64,000 nt of DNA, from contig CAYGGE010000004.1 in NCBI GenBank assembly GCA_964349485.1, forward strand, positions 4,628 to 68,627. The letters run 5' to 3'. Positions 8,548-18,748 of this stretch are shown here, in pieces. The DNA comes from an uncultured Candidatus Saccharibacteria bacterium (lineage in GTDB: Bacteria; Patescibacteriota; UBA1384; CAYGGE01). The number at the start of each line of letters is the position of its first letter. Position 1 is the first letter of the stretch. Under the pieces are notes generated by a model, which worked only from the letters and a program-made list of their open reading frames with translations, had not been told where the DNA came from and made no database searches. A program made the position numbers and the translations under genes.

Positions 8548-9612
8548 ATGCGAAGAAAAGATATTCTACTCCTCATCATCATTGCTCTCGTTATCAACTA
8601 TGCCGCTAAACAACTCCGACTTCCGGTGGTTCGATCGGGGTCGGTGGTGACTGTAGACAATTTGGTACTATCAACGTTTTCCAAGTGGTCAAGTCATGCT
8701 TTGGTGATGCCTGTTTCGGCCGCCAATGGGCAGGTCAAGGGTAGCTCAACTGATGTTGGCAATCCAGAAAAACCGCAGTCACTGCTACCCGTCGAAACAT
8801 ACTATGGATCGCCACTAATGAATTCGATTCATGCGATGCTTGAATCGGCTGGCGTGACGGTCAACAAAGAAGATATCGTTGAAGCTTTCCCGCTACCCGA
8901 ATTGGGGATCGGTTCGACGATACATGTTTATCGGGCTACACCAGTTGAAGTGATTGATTGGGGTAAAAAGCAAAGCTACCGCACATGGCAACAAGATGTG
9001 GGAACATTCCTCGCCGAACAATCAATTGAGCTGGGTGAGAATGACCGAGTTGAACCGACTAGCAACATGCCGCTTACTCTAGCCGCTGATCAGTTAGCTC
9101 ACTTGAAAATTACCCGCGTGGCGATAACCGAGGTTAAAGTCGTCGAGAAGATCGACTTCAAAACTAAAGAGACAGACGATCCTGACTTACCCAGGGGTCA
9201 GAAAAAGGTGGCCAAGGGACAACTAGGCAAACGCGAAAAACTCTTCAGGGTGACTAGAGAAAATGGCCTTGAGGTCAAACGGCTTCTGTTAAAGAATGAG
9301 GTCATTCTTGAGCCGAAAGACGAGCTAATTATTGTCGGAACGAAAGTAATCATCGGCGAAAGCTACACTGGCCGAGCCAGCTGGTATAAGTACACCTCAA
9401 CCAAGGTGGCGACCGACCATTTCAAGCGAGGTGTCCAATTACGAATTACTAATCTAGACAATGGCAAGGTCATCTTCGTCAAAAACGACGGCTGTATCTG
9501 TGCCGACACTGGCTACGTAGTCGATCTCCATCCCGACCACTTCAAGGCGCTCGGCGGGGTCATTAGGGACGGAGTGATGAAGCGGGTAAAAATTGACGAG
9601 GTCCTGAACTAA
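8548..9612 (+). CDS. YabE/RpfB-like envelope protein (N-terminal TM, G5-like region, C-terminal RlpA-like DPBB domain)
   Basis: C-terminus GRASWYKY...ATDHFKRGVQLRITNLDNGKVIFVKNDGCICADTGYVVDLHPDHFKALG matches the RlpA/3D double-psi beta-barrel pattern. The track start at 8512 is a TTG. Confidence 0.6.
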   Translation: MRRKDILLLIIIALVINYAAKQLRLPVVRSGSVVTVDNLVLSTFSKWSSHALVMPVSAANGQVKGSSTDVGNPEKPQSLLPVETYYGSPLMNSIHAMLESAGVTVNKEDIVEAFPLPELGIGSTIHVYRATPVEVIDWGKKQSYRTWQQDVGTFLAEQSIELGENDRVEPTSNMPLTLAADQLAHLKITRVAITEVKVVEKIDFKTKETDDPDLPRGQKKVAKGQLGKREKLFRVTRENGLEVKRLLLKNEVILEPKDELIIVGTKVIIGESYTGRASWYKYTSTKVATDHFKRGVQLRITNLDNGKVIFVKNDGCICADTGYVVDLHPDHFKALGGVIRDGVMKRVKIDEVLN

Positions 9613-9635
9613 GACTAGAGAATCAGGTTGGTTCT

Positions 9636-9644
9636 TGGTATAAT
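9636..9644 (+). promoter_or_regulatory. Extended -10 promoter (TGgTATAAT) placed 6 nt before the rsmA ATG, implying a leaderless transcript
   Basis: TGGTATAAT at 9636-9644 and the ATG at 9651. No SD is present. Confidence 0.4.
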
Positions 9645-9650
9645 GCCAAT

Positions 9651-10508
9651 ATGAATCAACAAGCACTGACCCAACTACTAGGCAAATATCATCTACACCC
9701 CGACAAGAAGCTGGGCCAGCATTATCTTATCGATGATTCGGTATTTGATTCGATTATCGAAGCTTCAGATATCCATCCCGGCGAGCTCGTGGTGGAGATC
9801 GGGGCGGGTCCCGGTGGTTTGACGAAAGCCTTGGCGACGGCTGGTGCGGAGGTTTTAGCGGTTGAGTTTGATCGCGATTTTTGCCGATTATTAGCCGAAG
9901 AATTCCATAATTGGCGCAATGTACATGTGCTGGGCGACGACGCTTTGCGGCTTGATTTTAGTACTCTCAAAAATGATGATCGGCCGTACAAAAAGATGGT
10001 AGCCAATATTCCTTACCAAATTACAAACCCTTTGATTCGGAAAGTGTTGGCTCCGGTAAGTATTATCGATGTCGCTATCCTCCTCATTCAGAAAGAAGTA
10101 GCTGATCGATTGATGGCTAAACCCGGGTCTGCAGATCGAGGGATCCTAACCGTATATCTTGAGTATTATGGCACGATCGAACAGATTGTTGATGTACCGC
10201 CGGAAGCCTTCTGGCCAGCGCCGAAAGTCAATTCAACGGTAGTTAGAATCAGACGGAATGACAGAGAGAAACTGCTCGACGACACACACAGTAAGGCTTT
10301 CTTCTGGTTCGTGAAACAAGGGTTTAGTGGGAAGCGAAAAATGTTGCCAAACTCGCTCTCCGGCGGCCTTGACCTTTCAAAAAGTCAAACTGTTGCTATA
10401 GTAGAAAGAGCAGGTATTTCTGTCGATCTCCGGGCCGAAGACCTGACCATTGAACAATGGGTGACGCTGTTCAATATGTACAGCCACGATATCCTACACC
10501 GTCCGTAA
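9651..10508 (+). CDS. rsmA: 16S rRNA (adenine1518/1519-N6)-dimethyltransferase
   Basis: LGQHYLID and VVEIGAGPGGLT motifs, the NIPY motif and KsgA-typical length. Confidence 0.9.
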   Translation: MNQQALTQLLGKYHLHPDKKLGQHYLIDDSVFDSIIEASDIHPGELVVEIGAGPGGLTKALATAGAEVLAVEFDRDFCRLLAEEFHNWRNVHVLGDDALRLDFSTLKNDDRPYKKMVANIPYQITNPLIRKVLAPVSIIDVAILLIQKEVADRLMAKPGSADRGILTVYLEYYGTIEQIVDVPPEAFWPAPKVNSTVVRIRRNDREKLLDDTHSKAFFWFVKQGFSGKRKMLPNSLSGGLDLSKSQTVAIVERAGISVDLRAEDLTIEQWVTLFNMYSHDILHRP

Positions 10509-10523
10509 CAGGAGGAGGATCAT

Positions 10524-11090
10524 ATGCCAAAACGCCAAAAAAGTATCCAGCAGTTTTTTGAAGTGATTTATGGTGCCTTGAGCCCTGAACGGACTAAGAC
10601 GGTTGAAAAGTCGCAACAGGTCTATAAGAGTTTTCGCGCTAAGGTTAACAGCCAACGTGGCCCGATTGAAGTGCTGGCCGATGAGATCACGGCTGGTTTC
10701 GGCAGTATTACCTTTGCCCTATTCCATATTGTTTGGTATGTCGTTTGGATTCTGATCAATACCGGTCGTATTGACTGGCTACCGATCTTTGATCCTTATC
10801 CCTTCGGACTGTTAACTACGATGGTCTCTCTTGAAGCGATCTTCCTCTCGATCTTTGTCCTTATTAGTCAGAACCGGGAGAGCCAGATCACTGATCTACG
10901 TAGCGAGATCGATTTCCATGTTAACATGCAAGCTGAGCAGGAAGTCACTAAGATGTTGCACATGGTTGAAGAGATTCACAATCACTTGGGCATACCAAAA
11001 ATTCGAGACAAAGAGCTCGAAGCGATGAAAAAACCAATTGATCCGGACAAGCTTGCCGAAGAGATTAAACAAGAAGAGGCGGGTAGTTAG
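10524..11090 (+). CDS. DUF1003 family membrane protein
   Basis: ALFHIVWYVVWILIN...FDPYPFGLLTTMVSLEAIFLSIFVLISQNR matches the DUF1003 pattern. The SD is strong (AGGAGGAGG). Confidence 0.6.
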   Translation: MPKRQKSIQQFFEVIYGALSPERTKTVEKSQQVYKSFRAKVNSQRGPIEVLADEITAGFGSITFALFHIVWYVVWILINTGRIDWLPIFDPYPFGLLTTMVSLEAIFLSIFVLISQNRESQITDLRSEIDFHVNMQAEQEVTKMLHMVEEIHNHLGIPKIRDKELEAMKKPIDPDKLAEEIKQEEAGS

Positions 11091-11533
11091 TGTCTAATGA
11101 AAGGAATGCAATGGCTGATAAAGGTAACCAAATAGCGAATTCAAACGGCGTTAACGGTCCATTACCCGACGAACTCCGTCACTTTAACTGGGGAGCATTC
11201 CTCCTTTCCTGGGTTTGGGCAGTAAATAATAAGGTTTGGATCGGGTTAATTATTCTGGTCATCTCACTTCTCTCGATGATCTCAAGTGTTAGCTCAATTT
11301 TTAGTTTACTAGCCTTTGTCGGTAGCCTTATCCTGGGTTTTAAGGGTAATAGATTAGCTTGGCGGTATCGAAAGTTTGAAAATTTAGACCAATTTAAGCT
11401 TGTTCAGAAGGCATGGGCTCGTTGGGGCGTAATCATATTCGTCCTAGTATTTGTGGCTACCCTTGCCTTAGTCTTCTATGCCATGCCGAACCTCGAGGGC
11501 GCCCTCGACAGTCCAGTTCCTCAGGTAACCTAA
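11090..11533 (+). CDS. Hypothetical membrane protein
   Basis: GTG start overlapping the upstream stop; FNWGAFLLSWVWA followed by two TM helices. Confidence 0.45.
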   Translation: MSNERNAMADKGNQIANSNGVNGPLPDELRHFNWGAFLLSWVWAVNNKVWIGLIILVISLLSMISSVSSIFSLLAFVGSLILGFKGNRLAWRYRKFENLDQFKLVQKAWARWGVIIFVLVFVATLALVFYAMPNLEGALDSPVPQVT

Positions 11534-11535
11534 AC

Positions 11536-12246
11536 ATGCTCTCGATTGTTTCTACTCCAATCGGTAATTTGGCAGATATGACTAAACGAGCGATTCAAAC
11601 CTTGGTAGAGGCCGATCTTATCGCTTGTGAAGATACTCGCCATACCAAAGTTCTCCTTGATCGTTACCAGATTACTACGCCGACAGTCAGCTATCATCAA
11701 CATAGTACCCTGCAGAAGATTGACTGGTTAGTTGAACAACTCATCCAGGGTAAACATATTGCTTTAGTGACAGATGCCGGGACACCAGGGATTTCTGATC
11801 CCGGTGGCGTCTTAGTCGAAAAAGTTCATACCCATAATCGCGATGCCATTGAACCGATCGTCATGGTGTCAATTCCGGGCGCATCGTCGCTAACGGCTGC
11901 CCTGTCGGTCTCTGGCTTTCCGAGTGACACCTTCCTATTTCTAGGCTTTTTGCCTAAGAAAAAGGGTCGACAAAGTCTAATACAGTCGTTGACGAAACTG
12001 GATAAACCATTAGGTATCAAGACCGTCGCTTTTTTTGAGTCAGCAATCAGAGTACATCAGACATTACTTGATTTCGAAACGGCTTTTAACCGAGCGTCTA
12101 CAGTCGACAATATTGAGGTTTGCATGTGCCGTGAGTTGACTAAACAATTTGAAGAGATCTGGCGGGGCAGTCTCGCTGAATCAATTGAACAAACAAAAAA
12201 GCCCCAGAAGGGCGAATTTGTAGTGATATTGCATCAAAGTAGGTGA
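11536..12246 (+). CDS. rsmI: 16S rRNA 2'-O-ribose C1402 methyltransferase (tetrapyrrole-methylase fold)
   Basis: N-terminus MLSIVSTPIGNLADMTKRAIQTLVEADLIACEDTRHTKVLL is typical of RsmI. Confidence 0.8.
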   Translation: MLSIVSTPIGNLADMTKRAIQTLVEADLIACEDTRHTKVLLDRYQITTPTVSYHQHSTLQKIDWLVEQLIQGKHIALVTDAGTPGISDPGGVLVEKVHTHNRDAIEPIVMVSIPGASSLTAALSVSGFPSDTFLFLGFLPKKKGRQSLIQSLTKLDKPLGIKTVAFFESAIRVHQTLLDFETAFNRASTVDNIEVCMCRELTKQFEEIWRGSLAESIEQTKKPQKGEFVVILHQSR

Positions 12247-12258
12247 CTCAATTGTATG

Positions 12259-12293
12259 TTTTAGGTGGGGTACCGCCGGCACCCCACCTAAAA
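12259..12293. terminator. Bidirectional intrinsic terminator
   Basis: TTTTAGGTGGGGT-accgccggc-ACCCCACCTAAAA, a 13-bp stem with A/T runs on both sides, lying between convergent genes. Confidence 0.6.
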
Positions 12294-12314
12294 CTATTCA
12301 GAGCCTCTTCGAGC

Positions 12315-12683
12315 TCAATGCCCCATCGCGCCAGAAATGGCGCGAATGAAGCCTATACCGACTGTGATGAGGGCAGTGACGATGATGCCGACAATCACGG
12401 TGGCAGCGCAGACTACTGCGAACGATTGGAGGCTCTCTTTGGACGCCGTAGTCACTCTGATCTCGACTGCGTAGATTACAGCTGCGACGCCTGCCGTTAT
12501 CCACAATGCTCTTGGTTCTAGATAATCGAGCTGGATACCGATCACGATCAGGGCGAGCAAGAAACTGATCGCGCAGACCAGCCAAACCCGGTAGATGCGT
12601 TCCTTCTCAAGGGGTACAGACTCCGTCTCGTTCCCCGTTTCAACTGTATGCCTACCGAAAATATCTGACTCCCGTCTGTACAT
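12315..12683 (-). CDS. Hypothetical membrane protein
   Basis: 122 aa with three predicted TM helices. Confidence 0.45.
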   Translation of the reverse strand: MYRRESDIFGRHTVETGNETESVPLEKERIYRVWLVCAISFLLALIVIGIQLDYLEPRALWITAGVAAVIYAVEIRVTTASKESLQSFAVVCAATVIVGIIVTALITVGIGFIRAISGAMGH

Positions 12684-12800
12684 GTGCTTCTCCTTGGGTG
12701 ATAGACCCGGAAACTAGGTAGATTATAGACTAAAAACAGGCTTCAGTAAAGATCAGGGAGTCTCCTTCCACTTATAGAACAGGTTTGATATAGTAAAGTC

Positions 12801-14234
12801 ATGGCAAAATTCTTTATTACTACCCCGATCTATTACGTTAACGATGTGCCACACATCGGCACTACGTATACAACCCTGGCGGCTGACGTTTTAGCTCGGG
12901 CTCACCGGCAGTTTGGTGACGATGTATTATTTTTAACTGGGACTGATGAACACGGGACGAAGATTGCTCAAAAGGCGGCAGAAACCAATCAAGAACCGCA
13001 GGATTATGTTGATACAATTACTCGTGCTTTTCAGCAGACTTGGGTTGACTTGAATATCGCTTACGATCGTTTTGCCAGAACAACTGAATCGACACATGTC
13101 GCTTTGGTACAAGCTGTGTTCCAACAACTTTACGATCGTGAATACCTATACCCTGCTGGTTACGAAGGCTGGTATTGTACTGGATGTGAAGAATATAAGG
13201 ATATTGTCCCAGGAACAGAAAAGCCAATTTGCGATATCCATCACAAGTCACTCGAAATGGTCAAGGAGACTGTCTACTACTTCGCGCTTTCCAAGTTCCA
13301 GGATAAGATTATCAGTCTCATCGATAAAGGGACGCTGAAAATTAACCCGGCAACGCGTCGCAACGAAGTTCTCGCTTTTCTAAAGGGCGAACCGCTTAGA
13401 GACATCCCTGTCACGCGTAGTAAAGTTGCTTGGGGTATCACTGTGCCGTTCGCGACTGACCAGACCATCTATGTCTGGGTTGATGCTCTGTTGAATTATC
13501 TGACTTTCAGCCGGGTATGGAATAAGACCGAATTAGCGACCTTTGAAGGCATCTATCAAGCACTTCTTGCTAGTCCATGGCCAGCCCAACTACAGCTTTT
13601 GGGCAAAGATATCCTTCGCTTCCACGCTGTGATCTGGCCAGTTATCCTCATAGCACTCGATCTGCCAATTCCTAAAGAACTGTTTGTCCACGGCTTTTTT
13701 ACGGTTAATGGTCAAAAGATGAGTAAGAGCTTAGGTAATGTGATCAATCCTGCCGAGTTGATTAGGCGTTATGGTGTCGATGCGGCACGCTTCCTCATCC
13801 TGTCAGCCGTACCGTACGGTTCTGACGGCGATATCTCAATCGAGAAGATGGATGCGGTGTATACGTCGCAGTTGGCGAACGGTCTAGGTAATTTAGTTCA
13901 GCGAACGATCGTGCTAATCAATAAATTTGGGATTAAGCCTCAAGTAAAGCCATCTGCCACACCTACGATTAAAGAGGCATACTTTAAAAATGACATATCT
14001 GAAGCGATTGCTCGAACCATGATATTGGTCGATGACGCCAATCGCTATCTAGCGACTGAGCAACCCTGGTCTATGGAGAACGGTGCTCTGCGGGAGACTG
14101 TACTAGTGAAGACTTACGAAGAACTGTTGAAGATCACCGAAGCCATCCGGCCACTGATGCCAACAGTGAGTGAACAGTTGGCCACACAGTTGGAAACATT
14201 AGTGCCTCTACCACTCTTTCCGAGATTGTCCTAA
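12801..14234 (+). CDS. metG: Methionyl-tRNA synthetase, short form without the C-terminal tRNA-binding domain
   Basis: PIYYVNDVPHIGTTYT (HIGH region) and KMSKSLGN, 477 aa. No T-box leader is seen upstream. Confidence 0.9.
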   Translation: MAKFFITTPIYYVNDVPHIGTTYTTLAADVLARAHRQFGDDVLFLTGTDEHGTKIAQKAAETNQEPQDYVDTITRAFQQTWVDLNIAYDRFARTTESTHVALVQAVFQQLYDREYLYPAGYEGWYCTGCEEYKDIVPGTEKPICDIHHKSLEMVKETVYYFALSKFQDKIISLIDKGTLKINPATRRNEVLAFLKGEPLRDIPVTRSKVAWGITVPFATDQTIYVWVDALLNYLTFSRVWNKTELATFEGIYQALLASPWPAQLQLLGKDILRFHAVIWPVILIALDLPIPKELFVHGFFTVNGQKMSKSLGNVINPAELIRRYGVDAARFLILSAVPYGSDGDISIEKMDAVYTSQLANGLGNLVQRTIVLINKFGIKPQVKPSATPTIKEAYFKNDISEAIARTMILVDDANRYLATEQPWSMENGALRETVLVKTYEELLKITEAIRPLMPTVSEQLATQLETLVPLPLFPRLS

Positions 14235-14336
14235 TTATCAACTCTAATTAGCGAATAGACCGGTTCCATATAGCACTAGTATTATGACTCAGAGTTTATT
14301 ACTATAGGATAGTACTAGTTACGAAGGAGGGGTGGC

Positions 14337-15188
14337 ATGATACCTGTTATCATTGGAGCGATTGCTGGCGCTGGCAATGTACTAATTGATCAATTTATTT
14401 TGGCTAAGCGTAAACTCGGGCTCGCTGACCATATTCCGGTGACTTTTGCCTTTTTGTTCTTAACTACCCTTGTCAGCTTACCCTGGCTCGGGAGCATCGA
14501 TCTCATCCTGGCGTTCAATCAGACCTATATATTCTACTTCATCCTCATGATCTTGCTGGCGGTGATCTGGAACATCTTCTATTACCAAGGGCTCCAAAAA
14601 GAGAAGATGGTCGAATTTGAGATGATCATGTTGCTTGCCCCGCTGGCTACAATCAGTTTAGCGGCTCTGTTTTACCCTGAAGAGTTTAACTTACCAGTTT
14701 TTGTTGCTGCGCTTATCGGTAGCATAGCGCTAGTCCTCTCGCACCTCAAGAAGCACCACTTGGAGTTCGATAAGTACTCAATGCATCTCATGTTAGCCGT
14801 CTTTTTGATGGCCATGGAGGCGATGGTACAGAAGGAGTTACTGCAACTTTACTCACCGGCAATGCTCTATGCTTTGCGAACGGGGTTTTTAGCCCTGTTT
14901 TTCACTATCTATTATCGGCCAAACGTTCATCGCATGAAAGATAGCGATTTCCGGTTGATCTTTCTCTCTTCGATCTTTGGCTCGGTTTACATGGTGTTGC
15001 GATTCTACGGTTTCAATGCGATTGGTGTAACCTTTACGACCCTGATCTTGCTCTTAATTCCGGTCTTCGCCACCTGGGGCGATGTCCGTATCAATGGCAC
15101 ACCGATGCGTTGGCGCACGGTGATTGCCTTTTTGATTATACTTGTCTGTGTTGCTTACGCCACAATTCAACAGTCGACGACTCTCTAA
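14337..15188 (+). CDS. Hypothetical multi-pass membrane protein (possibly EamA/DMT-like)
   Basis: About nine hydrophobic segments. Its stop overlaps the convergent NUDIX gene stop by 4 bp. Confidence 0.45.
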   Translation: MIPVIIGAIAGAGNVLIDQFILAKRKLGLADHIPVTFAFLFLTTLVSLPWLGSIDLILAFNQTYIFYFILMILLAVIWNIFYYQGLQKEKMVEFEMIMLLAPLATISLAALFYPEEFNLPVFVAALIGSIALVLSHLKKHHLEFDKYSMHLMLAVFLMAMEAMVQKELLQLYSPAMLYALRTGFLALFFTIYYRPNVHRMKDSDFRLIFLSSIFGSVYMVLRFYGFNAIGVTFTTLILLLIPVFATWGDVRINGTPMRWRTVIAFLIILVCVAYATIQQSTTL

Positions 15189-15670
15189 CGACTGGTAGAT
15201 GTTAGTATCTCCTTTGCCTTGGCGATAATTGGCTTATTATCCTTGTAATCATTTTTCTGATCAAGTTTAGCGAGCGGTACCCAAAGCACAGCCTCAACCT
15301 CACCTTGTTGAGGTATGAGTACCGTATCGCCGCTAAAACTAAATAGAAAATATTTTACTAACTTATTGATAGTAACTGTTTGGCCTGTACTGATGAGGCC
15401 ACTTGCTTCAATATCTTTGACGAAGTTTGATTCGAAGCTGTATTCGATAACCCCAAGATCTGCTCTAATCTCGAGTTTAGTGCCATCAATACCCACTTCC
15501 TCCACAATCTCGCGTCTAGCGGCATCCTGAAGGGTTTCATTCTGTTCTACATGGCCTTTCGGAAACGTCCACTTACCGTAACGGTCTTGGATCATGATGA
15601 CACTACAAGCGCCCCGTTCAACCCGGTAGACTACTCCACCAGCTGAGTTTTGCTCAAGAAGTTTAGTCAT
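15185..15670 (-). CDS. NUDIX hydrolase
   Basis: Nudix box GHVEQNETLQDAARREIVEEVGI. Confidence 0.8.
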   Translation of the reverse strand: MTKLLEQNSAGGVVYRVERGACSVIMIQDRYGKWTFPKGHVEQNETLQDAARREIVEEVGIDGTKLEIRADLGVIEYSFESNFVKDIEASGLISTGQTVTINKLVKYFLFSFSGDTVLIPQQGEVEAVLWVPLAKLDQKNDYKDNKPIIAKAKEILTSTSR

Positions 15671-15673
15671 GGT

Positions 15674-16495
15674 TTATCCTTTCCCGATTCTAAAAAGTCG
15701 TTGTGCATTCATTTCGGTTAACTTAATTATGTTCTCTGTATCTGTACTACGAAGCTCGGCTATCTTTTTAGCAACCTCAATGACGTAGGCAGGTAGGTTT
15801 CGAGGTGTACTGCCGGTTTGTTTGCGACCCTCAGACCGGTAGGGTTCGGGAGTAAGGTAGGGCGAATCGGTCTCAATTAGGATACGATCAAACGGTACTT
15901 TAGCCACTACCTCGAGGAGCAAGGCATCAACTGTTTTGTGGGTAATTACTCCAGTAAAGCCAATCATGAAGCCGAGATTTAGGAAGCGCTGGGCTTGTTG
16001 CCACTTCCCCATAAAACAGTGGATAGTACCCTTCAGTTTATCGTCTGAAACGAACTCTTTTTCAATGACACCTAGAAGGTCATCATATGCGTTACGGGAG
16101 TGAAGGATGAGTGGTTTGTTGAGTTGTTTCGCTAAGTAGATGGCTTTATGCAGTGCTATGTATTGAGCATCGATATATCGTTGTTTATCCGCTTCATTAT
16201 CGGGAAAACGGAACCAATCTAGTCCGACTTCACCGATAGCCACTACTCTATCTTCAAGAGCTAACTCCTTCATGAGGGTGTCGTTCCAAGGTGTATCCAG
16301 GACATGTGTGGGATGTAATCCCACGGCCGCCCAAAGATTGGGTTGGCTCTTGGCGAGGTTGATCGCTACGCGCGACGTAACCTCGTCGCAACCGACCACG
16401 ACGGCCGATATATCCTCTTTAGCCATGTTGGTAGCTACCGCCTCTGCATCGTCAGAAAACGCTTTAAAGTTGAGGTGACAGTGGGTGTCGATCAT
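15674..16495 (-). CDS. tatD: TatD family metal-dependent DNase/hydrolase
   Basis: MIDTHCHLNF, plus downstream His and Asp metal ligands. Confidence 0.85.
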   Translation of the reverse strand: MIDTHCHLNFKAFSDDAEAVATNMAKEDISAVVVGCDEVTSRVAINLAKSQPNLWAAVGLHPTHVLDTPWNDTLMKELALEDRVVAIGEVGLDWFRFPDNEADKQRYIDAQYIALHKAIYLAKQLNKPLILHSRNAYDDLLGVIEKEFVSDDKLKGTIHCFMGKWQQAQRFLNLGFMIGFTGVITHKTVDALLLEVVAKVPFDRILIETDSPYLTPEPYRSEGRKQTGSTPRNLPAYVIEVAKKIAELRSTDTENIIKLTEMNAQRLFRIGKG

Positions 16496-16535
16496 GGAAT
16501 GTCCTTGTTAACATGATTATAGTCATATTCCAGTG

Positions 16536-17411
16536 CTAATCCACCATCGCCAATTGTTCAGTCGCAATATCTTCAGCGCCTAAGCTCTTAAGTCGCTTGA
16601 TGAGGTCCGACACCTCACTGGTAGGAACTATGGTTTCAATTTGGTAGTAGTCGGTCTTTTGGAGGTATCTAATATCGGGCTCTTTTTGTGATGGCAAATC
16701 TTTGGTGATAGCGGCTAACTGTTCACTTGGGACGTGGAACATGAGTAAGGTTACTTCGTGTTTCGCGTTGACAGTCTTATCTTCTGGTGAAGTGAGATCT
16801 GTTATTGGAGGCGGCTCACCTGGAGAGTGTAATTCATTAGGCTTCGAGTTTGCTGGTGTTGACCTATGATTTGCGCTACGACCGCGCTCGGCCATGGTGT
16901 GGGAGTGCATAAGTGTATCGGAGACCAATTCGGGAGCTGGAATAGCGTGAACAATCACCGGGTGGGTACCGACTGTGTTGATTGAAATACTGCCAAAATT
17001 AAATATCCAACCCCAAAACGGTGATAGTTCACCAGAGCAACTCTGGATCTCGTGGATATCAAAAGTCTGTAATCGGCGAGCACTAAAGGTTAGCTGTTGG
17101 CAGTCAATGACGCGTTCGTTCGTTATGATCAACGCACTTTGCCAATAGCTTTTCCATTCGGAATAGAGATAGGCTAACAGACCACAATACAGTACGAACA
17201 GAACTACCAAAAACAGCAATGTTCCCATGGAGAGCGGGACACTACCGATGACTAAGAGGGTTAAAGACAGGGTAATACCGACAAAGACTAGGATACTGGC
17301 GATCGGTTTGGCCACTTGCCACCAGTGTTTTCGGATGACTTCAAAGACTAACTCTGATTCATTCAGCTCAATCTTCAAGCGTTTCGCCAAGTCGGCTGGG
17401 GTAGTGAGCAT
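16536..17411 (-). CDS. bPH_2 (YdbS/YdbT-like) membrane protein with an extra C-terminal domain
   Basis: Two TM helices followed by a bacterial PH-like segment (ITNERVIDCQQLTFSARRLQTF). Confidence 0.45.
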   Translation of the reverse strand: MLTTPADLAKRLKIELNESELVFEVIRKHWWQVAKPIASILVFVGITLSLTLLVIGSVPLSMGTLLFLVVLFVLYCGLLAYLYSEWKSYWQSALIITNERVIDCQQLTFSARRLQTFDIHEIQSCSGELSPFWGWIFNFGSISINTVGTHPVIVHAIPAPELVSDTLMHSHTMAERGRSANHRSTPANSKPNELHSPGEPPPITDLTSPEDKTVNAKHEVTLLMFHVPSEQLAAITKDLPSQKEPDIRYLQKTDYYQIETIVPTSEVSDLIKRLKSLGAEDIATEQLAMVD

Positions 17412-17527
17412 GCTATCCTCCTAAGGATAGCTAATGAACGCATTTGTTTCATTTATAGTATATCATAGTTCATAGGTGTTTTAACCTTGACGATTGACCC
17501 AAACGATGGTAGGACTGTAGGACTAAG

Positions 17528-18718
17528 ATGAAGAAAGAATTAAAGAATAAAAAACGACGTGTTGTGGTCGGCCTCTCGGGCGGGGTCGATTCTTCGGTGA
17601 CGGCAGCTCTACTTCAGCGTCAAGGCTACGAGGTAATCGGTGTGTACATGAAGAACTGGGACACTGAGTCCCCGACTCTCGGTAATAATCCACTTGAGGC
17701 CGATAGCTATCGCCTCACATGCCCATGGTACGATGATTATCTCGATGCTAAACGGGTCGCTTTAAAGCTCGGTATCCCCTTTCACGTTTGCGACTTTCGA
17801 GAGGCTTATAAGACGAAAGTTTTTGATGTGTTTTTGGCCGAATTTACGAAAGGCCGAACGCCGAACGCCGATATTTACTGCAATTCACTCCTTAAGTTTG
17901 ATGAATTTATTAACTTTTCATTAACTTTTTTGAAGGCAGACTATGTAGCCACGGGGCACTATGCCAGAATATCCAAAGTCCGGTCCGCCGGCTCGCTGTC
18001 GCAATCAAAAGCAGTCGAATACTTACTCCAGATTCCCAAAGATAATAAAAAGGATCAAACTTACTTTTTGTATCGCTTAAGTCAAGAGCAACTAGCCCAT
18101 ACCCTATTCCCACTCGCCGAGTACACTAAAGACGAAGTCCGCGAATTGGCTAAACAATTCGATCTGCCAACCAAGTATAAAAAAGATTCACAGGGGATGT
18201 GTTTTGTCGGCGATGTTTCGATGCGTGAGTTCATGGCCCACTGGTTACCGGAGAAGTTGGGGGATATCCATGATCTAGAAGGTAGGGTCATCGGCAAACA
18301 TCAAGGCGTCCATTTTACAACGATCGGTGGAAAGATTGCGGTCGATAACGCTTTGGTTGCCAAACACTACCCACAGTACAAGCACGATATTCCGCATTTC
18401 TATGTGGTAAGAAAATATATTGATGACAACATCGTTATGGCCGTACCCGGACATGATCATCCGACTCTGTTTGAGAGAGCGGTAGTAGTTGACAGTATCA
18501 TTGATAATTACGTATCGAGACGCAAGAATGACCAGCAAGTATTCGCTCGACTCCGCCACGGTGGTAATCTGGTGCCTCTCGAATCAATAACTAGTCTTGA
18601 TGATGACCGAAGACAGCTCGCATTTACCGATCCCCAACGGGCCTTGACCCCCGGCCAGCATATTGTGCTCTATAGTAATGAAGATCTGGTACTTGGTGGT
18701 GGCGTAATTTCTGAGTGA
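17528..18718 (+). CDS. mnmA: tRNA-specific 2-thiouridylase
   Basis: PP-loop VVVGLSGGVDSSV, 396 aa. Confidence 0.9.
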   Translation: MKKELKNKKRRVVVGLSGGVDSSVTAALLQRQGYEVIGVYMKNWDTESPTLGNNPLEADSYRLTCPWYDDYLDAKRVALKLGIPFHVCDFREAYKTKVFDVFLAEFTKGRTPNADIYCNSLLKFDEFINFSLTFLKADYVATGHYARISKVRSAGSLSQSKAVEYLLQIPKDNKKDQTYFLYRLSQEQLAHTLFPLAEYTKDEVRELAKQFDLPTKYKKDSQGMCFVGDVSMREFMAHWLPEKLGDIHDLEGRVIGKHQGVHFTTIGGKIAVDNALVAKHYPQYKHDIPHFYVVRKYIDDNIVMAVPGHDHPTLFERAVVVDSIIDNYVSRRKNDQQVFARLRHGGNLVPLESITSLDDDRRQLAFTDPQRALTPGQHIVLYSNEDLVLGGGVISE

Positions 18719-18748
18719 AAATAATCTCAAGTGAGATGTTGTCGCTAA

